NCBI RefSeq assembly: GCF_002105155.1
Contig: NW_019028989.1
Location: forward strand, 867,894-887,893
Direction: 5' to 3'
Length of the DNA stretch: 20,000 nucleotides
From: Lobosporangium transversale
Taxonomy: Eukaryota
Shown here in pieces: positions 1-10,721 of this stretch; position 1 is the first letter of the stretch, and the number at the start of each line of letters is the position of its first letter. Position numbers and translations under genes: made by a program. The notes beneath the pieces were generated by a model, which did no database searches, was not told where the DNA came from, and saw nothing but the letters and a program-made list of their open reading frames with translations.

Positions 1-66
1 TTGAACCTGCGCGGGAGAACCCATGAGATTTCTAGTCTCACGCCTTAACCGCTCGGCCATGTTGTC
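1..66 (-). tRNA. tRNA-Ser (anticodon AGA), 3' end truncated by the window edge
   Basis: Reverse complement GACAACATGGCCGAGCGGTTAAGGCGTGAGACTAGAAATCTCATGGGTTCTCCCGCGCAGGTTCAA: A-box TGGCCGAGCGG, anticodon stem TGAGA/TCTCA with loop CT-AGA-AA, long variable arm GGG-TTCT-CCC (type II), T-loop GGTTCAA. No intron. Confidence 0.95.
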
Positions 67-412
67 TCAGTTATAAATGTGTCGTAGAGCATCTACTAGT
101 GATCTCTGAAAACTAGTAGGTAATGATGAAAAATGAAGAATTGGGCAAGAGCCTCGTGGTTTTGGGATACGATAGTGATCCTAAGTAATGCTTTGAATGA
201 TTTTGAGGATGCTGCAAAAGGGCATCGATAATAAGAAGAGAGATGCCGTTTTTGCAGTGAAGGAAAAAGCTACTTAAATACTATTTAAAAATGGTAGAAA
301 ATAGGATGATAGGAAATAAATAAATTGAAAGGAAATACATATTTAGGTAAATGAATAGGCGTCATTTACGACATAAAGAGTGGTCTCTTAATAATATATA
401 TATAGAAAAAAT

Positions 413-946
413 ATGATAGCCACACATCAAGGATTACAAGTTTATAAGCCACTGACCTTTGTTATTTGAAAAAATAATAATAAAAGAATAAAATAAAAGT
501 GTCGTGTCTAATTTAGAGACTCATACCAGCGATATCTCTTTTAGAGAGGTTACATGACCTCGTGTTATCAAAAAAATCTCTTTTAGAGAGGTTTTGTCAA
601 TTATAAGCTCATCTATCAAATAAACCATTTGTAATTGATAACGGACAAACCAAAAATGACATCGGTATAAGTCTCACTAGATTCTTTATGCATTTATGGA
701 ACTAACATCCAAATAAACATGGTTCCCGTTATCAAAAAAATAAATAAATAAATAAATAAAAGTGTCACCAAGTTCTTTAAAACAATCTTTTGCAAGCACG
801 ACCCAAGGGAGCTCAATGCACTCTATGTCTTCAATGAAGACGAGAAATTAAAACAACCTTAGGACTTCAATAATGTTGGTATGAAAATAAAGCCTGTAAC
901 ACTTGACACTTTTATTTGCCATTTTCATTAGTAGTGTGGCTATCAT
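413..946. repeat. Patch of short inverted and direct repeats, possibly a degenerate non-autonomous DNA transposon (MITE-like)
   Basis: 13-bp inverted pair ATGATAGCCACAC (413-425)/GTGTGGCTATCAT (934-946); AAATAAAAGTGTC at 491 and 754 and inverted at 904-917; 18-bp direct repeat ATCTCTTTTAGAGAGGTT at 534 and 576. No convincing target-site duplication. Confidence 0.45.
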
Positions 947-1043
947 TACGTCAATGATCTTGGGTCGAGCATCAAGGAAGGGCTTCCGCAAAGTATATCT
1001 GATAGGAACATTCCCCACATTGGACGAAGTGTTCGCTGTCCTC

Positions 1044-2412
1044 TTACCACAGGTTGTACTTTGAGTCTAAATCGCCCTCAGCTGGGGCATCCAGATCCAC
1101 ATATGATTTAACCTTGCGAGGATCAGACATCCTACTGTGTAAGCATTGTTGATCAAATGGGTAGATACGTTCATCAGTCATGCGAACTGATATGAACCAT
1201 TTTCACTATTATACAATGCCATATGCTTGAATGTATGCATGTCCTTACCTTCTGGGGTCGAGCATCATTGATGGTGGACGGGCGGGGATAAGATCCGGCC
1301 CTCTAAGCTTTGATTTGTCGCCTGCATCATCCTTCGAGCCGCCACGCTTGGGTAAGTCAAAGCCAATGCGAGGAATCTGATCCATAGGCGACCCTGCCAT
1401 TGCTCCAGCAGTTGCAAAAGAGGGTGGCATGAAGCCGGGAGGGAATCCTGGCATAGGTGATACTCCTGGGTTCATGAAGGGCATGCCCATAGGATGACCA
1501 CCCGACATGAAGCCCATTTGCATAGGCGGTCCACCATACATGGGACCTGGCATATTGAATCCGAATCCAGCTGATGGTTGGGGCTGTTGTTGTTGTGCAG
1601 ATGGGTTGATATGATTGGGGTCCAATATGTAGTTGTTGAAAAGTTGAATCTATAGAATCAAAGTAATATGATAATATAAGAATGCCCATTCAGCTCAGTG
1701 CTTTTGAATCAATACACCAGAGATAGACAACGAATCCAACTATGCTATTTGACTATTTTCATCACTCAACATACGTTGTTTTCAACCGATTTGATTTCCT
1801 CTGGATGTTTAGTGCGAATGTGCTTGTGTACAAATTCTTCACCACGGAACGGCTTCGTGCAAATTTTGCAGCGCCATTTTGTGGGTTCATCCTGCTGTGT
1901 CTTGCCCTGCAAAAACTTCAGAACACCCCTGCACAAATTCAAATGAAGGAGTAAAAAACATTAGAGCCATGTCATTAAGCCTATATTCATAACAGCTTTT
2001 TTAAACTTTTGTTGCTTCGAAACCAAAGTCATACTTCTCGAGTGATTTTCCTCCAAGTTTAACAATCTCCTCATCCGTGGGAGGTTTAAGCTTCAGGTTA
2101 AGCTTCTGCTCAAGATTCTTAACCCAGATAGCACCTAGAACAACATAAGGTATACGGGTTAATATAATTTTAAAAACCACGGTCTATAGTACGAGTTACG
2201 AATGAAGTGATCAGGAAATGAAATGCCTACCTTTGGAATTGGTAATTTTAGTCTCTGGATTGCGGTAATGCTTGCTGCATTTGCGCGTAAATTCCTCTGC
2301 ATTGTCACTATCACCTCCGCAATAGTAACAAAAGAAATGAACCTGACGCAAGTACTCAATAAACAAATCAAGGGAGCGGCGCTATTTTTTTTTTTTTTTT
2401 TTTTTTTTTTAG

Positions 2413-2443
<31 letters not shown>

Positions 2444-3998
2444 AAAAAAAGAGACGGTCAGCACGGTTACTTGCAAGTTTCAACAGTCTTTTTAATAATT
2501 GTTGATTGTTCATAAGATTTATCAGGCATACCTCATTTGCGCGATTAATCGCTGTCTGTGCGCTATCTTCTTCTCCTTCCTCCATAGGAACATCAGATGA
2601 TTCTAATATCATATCCTTGAGGCGTGCCTGTAATAAAGATACGCCGTCATAGACGGCCACACCAGAGTCCGCTTCCGCAGACTCCATCAAGTTTCTGTCA
2701 CAGACCTTTGCAATTTCCAGTGCCAGTTCATAATCTGCATGAATCCTAGCCTCAGTGTTGGCAATTTCATGCGTGTATCTGGCACGAGTAGGTCGGTGAG
2801 CTGTCGTGGATACCTGAAAGTCTTCTGTCGCAGGCTCGCTTATGGTGGTCAAAGCTTCTTGAACATCTGTTCCTGGCTTGAATTTGATCCAACCAATCCT
2901 CTGCAACTCCTTCAAGGGATGAGGTTCGGACAACGAAAGCATCACAAAACCTTCAATTTTTTCGCAGCGCTATTTGATTCATATAAAGTATAAAAACATC
3001 GCCATTGTTATTAAATCTAAGGTACATTGAACCTATTTTATCACATAATGCGTAGTAGTAGCCTGTAAGAATAGCCTTACCTCCAAAATTGAAGATCGAG
3101 TGACATTTGGTAGAATTGCTCTCAGATATAGCCAAGGTTCTTCACTGTCCTCGCTTGCAAGTTTGACGTCGCCATCCTTGTCCACTGACTCAGAAGCCTC
3201 ACCATCTGTTTCAGATTTTTCTGTCTTCGCCTCTGCTGATGCCGCATTCGCTTTCTTGGCAGCAGCCTCATCACATGTAGTGTTGTCGTATTTTCCTGCT
3301 GCTAGGTCTTCAACAAATTTATTGTAGCGTGCTCTTCGCAGAGTTTGAGCCTCTTCTGCTCGCGACTTTGACAAGTCTGGATGATACTTCTCTTGGAACC
3401 AAGCTTCTGTTTTGTGAACATCAAAGAATGCTGCATATTGTTTAGCTGTAAACTCTTCCTTGTAAGTCCCGTACCGAGATTGAAGCTCTTCATCTGAATA
3501 GCGCTTGTATCGATGAGAAGCACGATCAAGATTTCTGAGATATTCACAATACTGCTTAAACGAAATCAGATGATCAAGCTTCATGGGATCGTCAATCCTG
3601 TCGGCATTTCCCCAGTTCGGAGGCATTTCCCCATAGGGCATGGGATCCGGTCCATCTATATCTCCATAGCCATCATCACGACGCCTGACTCAGTAAAGCA
3701 ATAAAGATTGGGAAATGAGAATGGTTGAATACGAAGGTCCTGGTCATGTCATATTTCCTAAGAAAAATAATTCCAATTCAATGATGGTGTCCAGATCGTT
3801 GCTGTTTACCTTGGTCCACGATAGTCGCCATATCCTCCAGGGCTGTCATAGCGACTGTTAAAGTGATCAGGTCGACTGTAACGAGGAGCTGGATTATAGC
3901 CATCTCTTTCATAATTAGGAATATAGCGATCACCCGGATCACCTTCGACATCTTTGGAAGAAGAACGGTTTCTCCTAGGACGCCTCTCTGTGATTTGC

Positions 3999-4039
<41 letters not shown>

Positions 4040-4324
4040 ATAAAAATATATTGTGTAATAGGCCACATGTTGGAGCTTAGCCGAGTTATAAAGCCGAAAG
4101 ATAAAGCAATACAGATCATGATGTGATATGAATAAGATAGAAGTGGGTAAAGTTCTGGTAGATCCCATACCTCTGTCGTCAGGAGAAGCCGAGGTCTTTC
4201 TTCTTCGCTTATCTCGGCCAAAGTCATCCTTCTCAGGGCTTCGTTCGCGTCTGAATTTGTCGCGACCACGAGAACTAGACTCATCGTCCGAGTAATCTCC
4301 TCGACCGTAATAATCCTTTGGCAT
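1044..4324 (-). CDS. SRRT: SERRATE/ARS2 (SRRT) cap-binding-complex adaptor, ~755 aa, 9 exons
   Basis: Exons 4324-4171, 3987-3810, 3684-3081, 2969-2532, 2381-2231, 2134-2035, 1928-1775, 1649-1249, 1131-1044; all GT-AG, phases consistent, 2268 nt. Motifs: RDKFRRERSP, SFKQY..YGTYKEEF..FFDVHKTEAWFQEKYHP, RRM-like LYLRAILPNVTRS, LDLFIEYLRQVHFFCYYC, C2H2 finger WRCKICTKPFRGEEFVHKHIRTKH, FNNYILDP, Pro/Met/Gly-rich tail, C-terminal DPRKVKSYVDLDAP. Confidence 0.95.
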
Positions 4325-5765
4325 CGTAATCAATTGGATTTAAAAAAAAATATGTGACACCTTCTATTGTAGGCAGAAAAATAATATGGTCAGGTTAGGG
4401 CCGTTGAGAGGGAGGCTGATATACACTTGAGGGGGGAGGGTTCCGAGGAGGAACGTGCTACAGATAATGTTTATAAAACAATAAAGGGAGGAGAGCTTCA
4501 TGTGTATGTCTCGAAAATACGTTTTTATTCCATACGATGAAGTGTAAGCGATTGCCATCTGATAGTACTCAATGCCAGATGAAGGGGAATATTCCTGCTC
4601 CATGAGGCGATCGGATCAATGATGTGAAGAATGAAGAATGAGGAGTATCAGAATGCATCGAATCAGATGTGATGAGCAGAACATATTGATCAAATAAGTG
4701 TATTGATTTATGGTGCAGAAAAATTGAAAGGATAAGGAGGTTGAGATAAGCGAGAAAACACACTCTTCGACAAGGGAGAAGCAAGTCAAAAAAAAACGAA
4801 ATAAAATAAAGCGAGCAAGACTTTAAGATTGGCCTTACCCTCGTGGTGAAAAGAAATAAAAAAAAATAATAAAAAAAAAAAAAGGTAGTAATACAAAAAA
4901 AAGAGAGAGAGATGAAAGCAAAGTATTAAAACAAAAGAAAATGATGCTTTTGCGAGGGTGTGTAAAGATGTATGAGGGTAGAGAGAAAGTGGGTGAAAGG
5001 GAGGGGAGGAGGAAGAATGGGAGTGGATCCAGGAGATTTGATTTTTGTTGTGCGTCTTGGAGTGTCACAATATTACAGGGTGAAGGAAGGAGGTCCATCC
5101 AAAAAGGCAGGGTTGTAGAAGGACTATGGAGGAAGGCTAGACATGCATTGAAGGCTCATTCAGAGACGTCAGATTATTTTTTTTGTAACCCCTGGCTGTT
5201 TCACGATCCTAGTGTTTAATTGTCGCTCCACAGGATTTATGTGCTACAGCTGTTGTGCCATAGGTGGAGCAGGTCTCTTTCTGGAATATTCATGACAAAG
5301 TCTGGGTTTGTGTTTGTTCAATGGGAAAGAAACCAAAGAAAAAAAAAAGATATCCTAGGAGGGCCAGTTGCCTGCTGTTGTACATAGCAGCATTGCCCAT
5401 GTTTCTCCAGGAACTTCTCTCTTCTCTTAGCCATATTGTGCTGAATGTAACAAGCATCTGTGACACTCCAAGAAAATATGTATTATAGAGCAAATAGTAC
5501 GAGGCAAGGCCAATTTAATGGTAGTTGATAGTAGTAATAATAATAATAATAAAATAATAATACATTAATCAAAATGCTCTTTTTGAAATCAATGATGAAA
5601 AAGATGCAAGAGAACAATCAACAAAAAAAAAAAAACTATTCGTAAAAGATAAAACCTTAAAAATAGAAAGTGACTGTCTTGGGTTGATGAGCTTTTTTTA
5701 TTTTATTTTTCAAATAGTGGATTTCTACGTAGTTTCAAAAAAAAAACTATGGTAGGGGGTTTTTT

Positions 5766-6206
5766 TTAGTCCTTCTTCGGCTTCAGCCTGAATGAGGGTG
5801 AGTCATTGAAGCCACCACGAGGCTCAGCAGAGAATGAAACTCGGACACGGAATGGGACAGTCTTCTGCGTCTCAATCAAATATGCCTTCTTGACTTTGAA
5901 CCTGAAGCCGCTGTGGTAGAGCTCGCGAGCGGATATCTCGCCAACCCGCTCGTTCAGATTTGGATAGCGGATGTTCTTCTGGATAGTAATCCGCATCGAG
6001 GGGTTTTTCTGGTAGAGGTAACCTTCAGTACCATTGACAATCGAGATGGCGACAGGTACATACTGACCAACTCTGTATACAGATTCATACTCGGGCGAAG
6101 TCACTGAGAAAATATCTCGGGAAGGTTTCGGAGGAGGGGAAGCCAAAACAGTGCCAAGAGTGCACAATGCGAGGAGCACAATAGTGATGAAGGGGCGCGC
6201 GTACAT
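5766..6206 (-). CDS. Small intronless predicted secreted protein, 146 aa, function unknown (possible Ig-like beta-sandwich)
   Basis: Clean ORF, more GC-rich than its flanks; signal-peptide-like N-terminus MYARPFITIVLLALCTLGTVLA|SP; alternating beta-strand patterns (FSVTSP, VPVAISI, MRITIQ, FRFKV, FRVRVSF, SPSFRL). Confidence 0.8.
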   Translation of the reverse strand: MYARPFITIVLLALCTLGTVLASPPPKPSRDIFSVTSPEYESVYRVGQYVPVAISIVNGTEGYLYQKNPSMRITIQKNIRYPNLNERVGEISARELYHSGFRFKVKKAYLIETQKTVPFRVRVSFSAEPRGGFNDSPSFRLKPKKD

Positions 6207-7161
6207 AATATTGTTTGTGTACTAATTGAGTAAAATGTTGAATGGAGAACTAAAATACGAGATGTTGTTTGGTATTTATATGTTCAAAAAAAAAAAAAAA
6301 AAAAAAAATGAAGAAGAAAAAAAAGGGGATCACACTCACTTCAAAGACGGCGCATCCGCATCAGACTCAAGCATTTTCATGTTCAACCAAGTTTGGGCGC
6401 GCACCATTCGCCTCTATATTTAGAGAAGGAATCGAAAACATACGCCACGCCGTGTATTGGAAGGCATTTTTAGTCTTTTTCAGAAGGTGTAAGACACTAT
6501 TTTATTGACCGATACTAAAGGGGAGCGAGAAAAGATGGTGTTGACGGGACAATTTTTTTTTTTTAGCAGATGTCCTTCTCCTTTTAGCAAGTGATCATCT
6601 TTGCACAAAGATTTGTATAGCAGCATGAAAAATACGCGTCAGGCATTGACCAAACAAATTTCATGCAGTAAATAATAATAGAAATAAAATAATCATATCA
6701 AGTCCAAACCACACCAAAGATGCCCTGAAGATATGTAATCAACCATGAACTTTTCGGAGCGATTCCGCGTTGATGGTCCAAGTCCTGTGCCAGTGTTGTT
6801 TATGGCAAATAGAAAAATAAAAAGGAAGCTGGATCATATTTAGAAAAAAAAAAAAAAAAAAAATAACCTTCATTTTACGCCGGTTCCTAAAAAAGAAAAA
6901 TGCGCATTGCGTAACTTTTGTCATTTGTGGTTAGTTGCTGTTTGTTGCCACACACACGCCTCTGCAATAGGGCGCACGTCCAACCGTTTCTTCCTCACTT
7001 AGTACTTGGATTCAAACATGACTTCAGAATCGCTCGCAGAGCTCTCTCTTAAAAATTACAACTGATTAGTCTGGAAGTAAAAGAAGGGCAGACAAGGTCT
7101 CTAATACGATGGCCATACTTTATACAACTGTAAATGTTTTTTTTTCTTATGCTTTATTCTA

Positions 7162-8721
7162 CTAACGCTGCTGACGGCGCTTCTCTTCCTCCGCGGCCTC
7201 ACGCTGCTTCCATGCAGCCTTAATAGAGCCTTGTGCGTGTAGCAGCTGTAACATGACAATAAAAAAATAGGTGCGTTTTTAAGTAGGCAGTAATGTGATC
7301 TTTGTCCAATCACCATTCGTAACATATTCATCTGTAATACACCCTGCGAGCATTTTTTTTTTTTTTTTTTTTTTTTTACCTCGTCAGCTTCAACACCGTC
7401 TCGGATACTTTCAACCACTTTCCTCACAACTGAGGAATGATTACCGTGTTCTTTATCGTCCCTGAAGCGGAAAAATCGCCAGCTTTGGTCATTGGGAGAA
7501 TAAGTCACTTCAACGACCCTGTTCTGCAGCTGTGTCGAAGTCGATTTCCATCTAATATAAAATAATGAGTAAATCAGCAATGTACACAACATGGTGCACA
7601 GAAACACACACAAAAAAAAAACTTACTGTTCCCAAAGTGCATCATCCACAACCATTTGTCCAAAGGGTGTGTATTGCTGTCCACCTTGCCATTCAAGAAG
7701 GATAAACTGTGGTTTCTGTTTATAATCAGGGACCCCATTTAAAATCGGTGCTTGAAGCGCCAGCTTAAAATCGACAGTATTCTCGCTTGGTGGCTTCCAT
7801 TTTAACCTATTTATAACAAGGCAATCAACCACATACAAACAAAATGACATTGTCATGAAATGATATCTTCTCGTCCGTCATCTCATTGTCCTTTTCTTTT
7901 CTTTTTTTGCATACATTTTCGTGTTTGTAGAGAGGACGTATGGCGCCACAGAGGACGTGAAAATAAGCCCATCGTTCCCATGCTTCAATTTTGGAATAAT
8001 TTCCCGAAACATCATTTCAATTCCATAGGATTTTGTCATCTCCTTCATAGTTACTCTAACAATAATAAAGGTTAGTATGGGTTTAGCTGCAGTTGCCCTG
8101 AATCTTTTATTTTTTTTTTTTTTTTTTTTTTTGTTTATCATGCACGGATGTCCACATACATGAATGGTTGTGATTTAATAAACTCGGGATTGGCAACCTT
8201 GAGCATTTCATTATAAGGATTAACAAACTCGGTTTGCAACCTCTAATAATATAGTAAAAGAACGAAAAAAGAAAAAAAGCAACAGAATGTTTGTGAAAGT
8301 TGTTTTATTTTATTTTTCTCCACAAAAGATATTTACAAAGTCTTTTCTTTGTATTTTTCACTTATTTCATATTCGTTAAAAAATAAAAATATAAATAAAA
8401 AAGAAAGAAAGAAAGACACTTACGCCAAAACGACTCGTGAGTGGCTTCGAAATAACGTTAATGCCGTTGTATGCCAAAAGATCGAAAGCCAGATATCGCA
8501 TCACTAATCGACCATCAGGTTCTCGATCCATAACCAACTCACCATCGACAATGGTTTGGTGATGAAAAACATTACGCTCGTTGGCCACCGGGAACCGCAA
8601 TTGCGGAACATATTTGAATTTGTTCTTGCGATCCACCTTAGTCATAATCCCGAGATAGAAAAGGGACAATTATTGAAGGTTTCAGTAATAGATTCTTCCA
8701 AAATAGAGTAAGGAAAAATCT

Positions 8722-8753
<32 letters not shown>

Positions 8754-9467
8754 CCCTGTAGCCTATCATTTACCAAAAACACTTGCTGCTGACCGTTTTC
8801 GTGTCGCAGGCAGTATAATAGAACGCGAACACCATCTGATTTTTCTGCAACAAAATAGCTAACAAGTTATCATCATAAGAGTTTGATCATTAGCTCAATA
8901 GCTTGTTAGAAGGAAACATTTGTTGATGTGAATTTACATTCCGTGAGATATAAAAAAAAAGAAGAAAAAGGTCCTCCGTTGTCACTTACTTTTCTACATG
9001 AAGTTCCTGTAAGGCATTGCGAGTAAAACTGACGGGTTGAGCGCCTTAAATGTCATGGAGGAGTAGTGTAGATAAAGGAGAGAGATATTTGATGTCAACC
9101 CTTCCAAGCATATGTCATATAGCTCAAACAAAACTGTTTTTTTTTTTCTTAATCCTGTCCTGAATGTTATCAATGAAGTTATTGCTTAAAGTCGCTGTAA
9201 ATCAAATTGGTTGATAGGCCTTACCAATGAATCTAGCAAAAGCGATAACGAGAGTAAATAAAAGAACTCTGAATCAGCATTTCAACATCTTTATACATTT
9301 CATGTTTGGCGCATTTGAAGCTTTTTTATTTATTTTTTTCTTCTTCTTCTTAAGCACCTAGTGCCATGGACTCCGACAACTTGGCAGATGCTTTCACGAA
9401 GCATGTTCTCCATCCTAGGATCCACAGGTACTCCTGGAATGTCGGGGATCACTGAATCAGCCGGCAT
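7162..9467 (-). CDS. CEG1: mRNA-capping enzyme guanylyltransferase (alpha subunit), ~376 aa, 10 exons
   Basis: Exons 9467-9358, 9232-9225 (8 nt), 9044-8990, 8858-8774, 8636-8424, 8242-8160, 8055-7915, 7806-7627, 7551-7380, 7245-7162; 1131 nt. Nucleotidyltransferase motifs: FIGAQPVSF, I YFVAEKSDGVR (KxDG), III TIVDGELV, IIIa YLAFDLL, IV HGNDGLIF, V LKWKP..NTVDF, VI WRFFRFRDDKEHGN. No triphosphatase domain, i.e. monofunctional fungal type. Confidence 0.95.
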
Positions 9468-10040
9468 CCTGGTATATAAAATCGAAGCGACAATTATAAA
9501 GACAAGACGAAGTACAACAATAAAAACGCATATGGCCTTGACAATTATAGCGTCTGGAATGTGCGCAAATAGCCTTACAGAAATAGACACCCTATCACCC
9601 CCTTGGAGACCGAAGCCACTCTTTTATTTTTTATTTTTTATTTTATTGGCTATCATAAAGTCAAACAGCGATCCTCTCTTTCCCCTGCGATCATCTCGCT
9701 TCCCTTTCTCAAGAGATACAAGGAAAAAATTATACTTATGGTGTTCATCAAAATTCATCCTATTTTTTCCTTTATGCGTATTTCACTCTTTTTTTTTTAT
9801 TTTCTAATAGTACAAAAAATATGCAGTTGATTTATCGACTCATTCAATAATAATTCCTCTCCTTGTGTAAAATAGTCATTAGTCTAGTTCCATGTTCTCC
9901 ACTTCTTCTTCGCTAATTCGCTAATAGTTCAAGCTGTGTACATTGTTATAGGATGAATGAACAAAAAATATATTGTTAAAAGAAAAGAAAAGAGCACTTC
10001 TGATATCATATCATAATCAGCCTTCACAGATTTATTATAG

Positions 10041-10529
10041 TTAATTACCAGAAGGAGCACCCAAAGTAGTTCCAGGGCCTGATGGGATAGCCTTCTTGAC
10101 CGCGACAGCCTCTTTCTGGATAGGAACATCTTTTTTTTTTAAAAAATAAAAAAGAAAACCAAAAAAAAAAAAAAAAAAAAAAGAGAGTAAGTCAACGGGA
10201 ATACATTCACAAAATGAATTTTCAGATAATAATAATAACAATCGTCCAAGTCCTAGCAAAAGCTTCTCTATTATTATATTCTTTTCTGAGTTACCCTTCA
10301 TAATAGCCTCCTTGACACCTCCGGCCTTTACAAGGGCAGAATCCATGATATGTTGAAGTTGCTTCTCCTTCTGCTGTGCCTTCTTTTTAGAAATACGACG
10401 AACATGCTGAATGTTGGTTGAGGTCACTGATTTGTACGACGTTGGATTACATTTCAAGGCCTGCTTGCGAACACGACCTAGCTTTTGAAGGTTAAACTTC
10501 GGCCTGTGAATGTTGTTGCGGGTGACCAT
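10041..10529 (-). CDS. ALB1: Alb1-like pre-60S ribosome biogenesis factor, ~107 aa, 2 exons
   Basis: Exons 10529-10295 and 10129-10041. MVTRNNIHRPK, RISKKKAQQKEKQL and C-terminal GPGTTLGAP match recalled yeast Alb1 hallmarks (MPSKNSINRPK, TLSKKRAKKIERNL, GQGTTLGGP). Confidence 0.8.
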   Translation of the reverse strand: MVTRNNIHRPKFNLQKLGRVRKQALKCNPTSYKSVTSTNIQHVRRISKKKAQQKEKQLQHIMDSALVKAGGVKEAIMKGNSEKNIIIEKLLLGLGRLLLLLSENSFCECIPVDLLSFFFFFFFGFLFYFLKKKDVPIQKEAVAVKKAIPSGPGTTLGAPSGN

Positions 10530-10721
10530 GGTAAAGTTTTTAGAGATGTGGAATGTAAATAGGCCAAGTCAAAGAATGAGCTTTGTTTTTTTTTTTTTTT
10601 TTTTTTTTTTTGTATACTAGCACTACAAGTCATTTCAAGAGTGCCAGTCACTAGGATAACCACGTGATGTATATTGCAGTATGGCAAGAATATTTACAAA
10701 CTAACTATGCATTTTTTGTCT

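Noticed and set aside
93..119. CTACTAGT/ACTAGTAG inverted repeat upstream of the tRNA
   Set aside because: Only 8 bp and built on a palindromic core; expected by chance.
2159..2495. ORFs with poly-Lys/poly-Phe runs here and elsewhere (e.g. 3778-4284, 6226-6508, 15259-15706, 19737-19922)
   Set aside because: Produced by intronic or intergenic homopolymers, or shadow frames of real exons.
4835..5493. Short ORFs upstream of ARS2
   Set aside because: Low complexity, no recognisable motifs or coherent exon chain; probably promoter/UTR or intergenic DNA.
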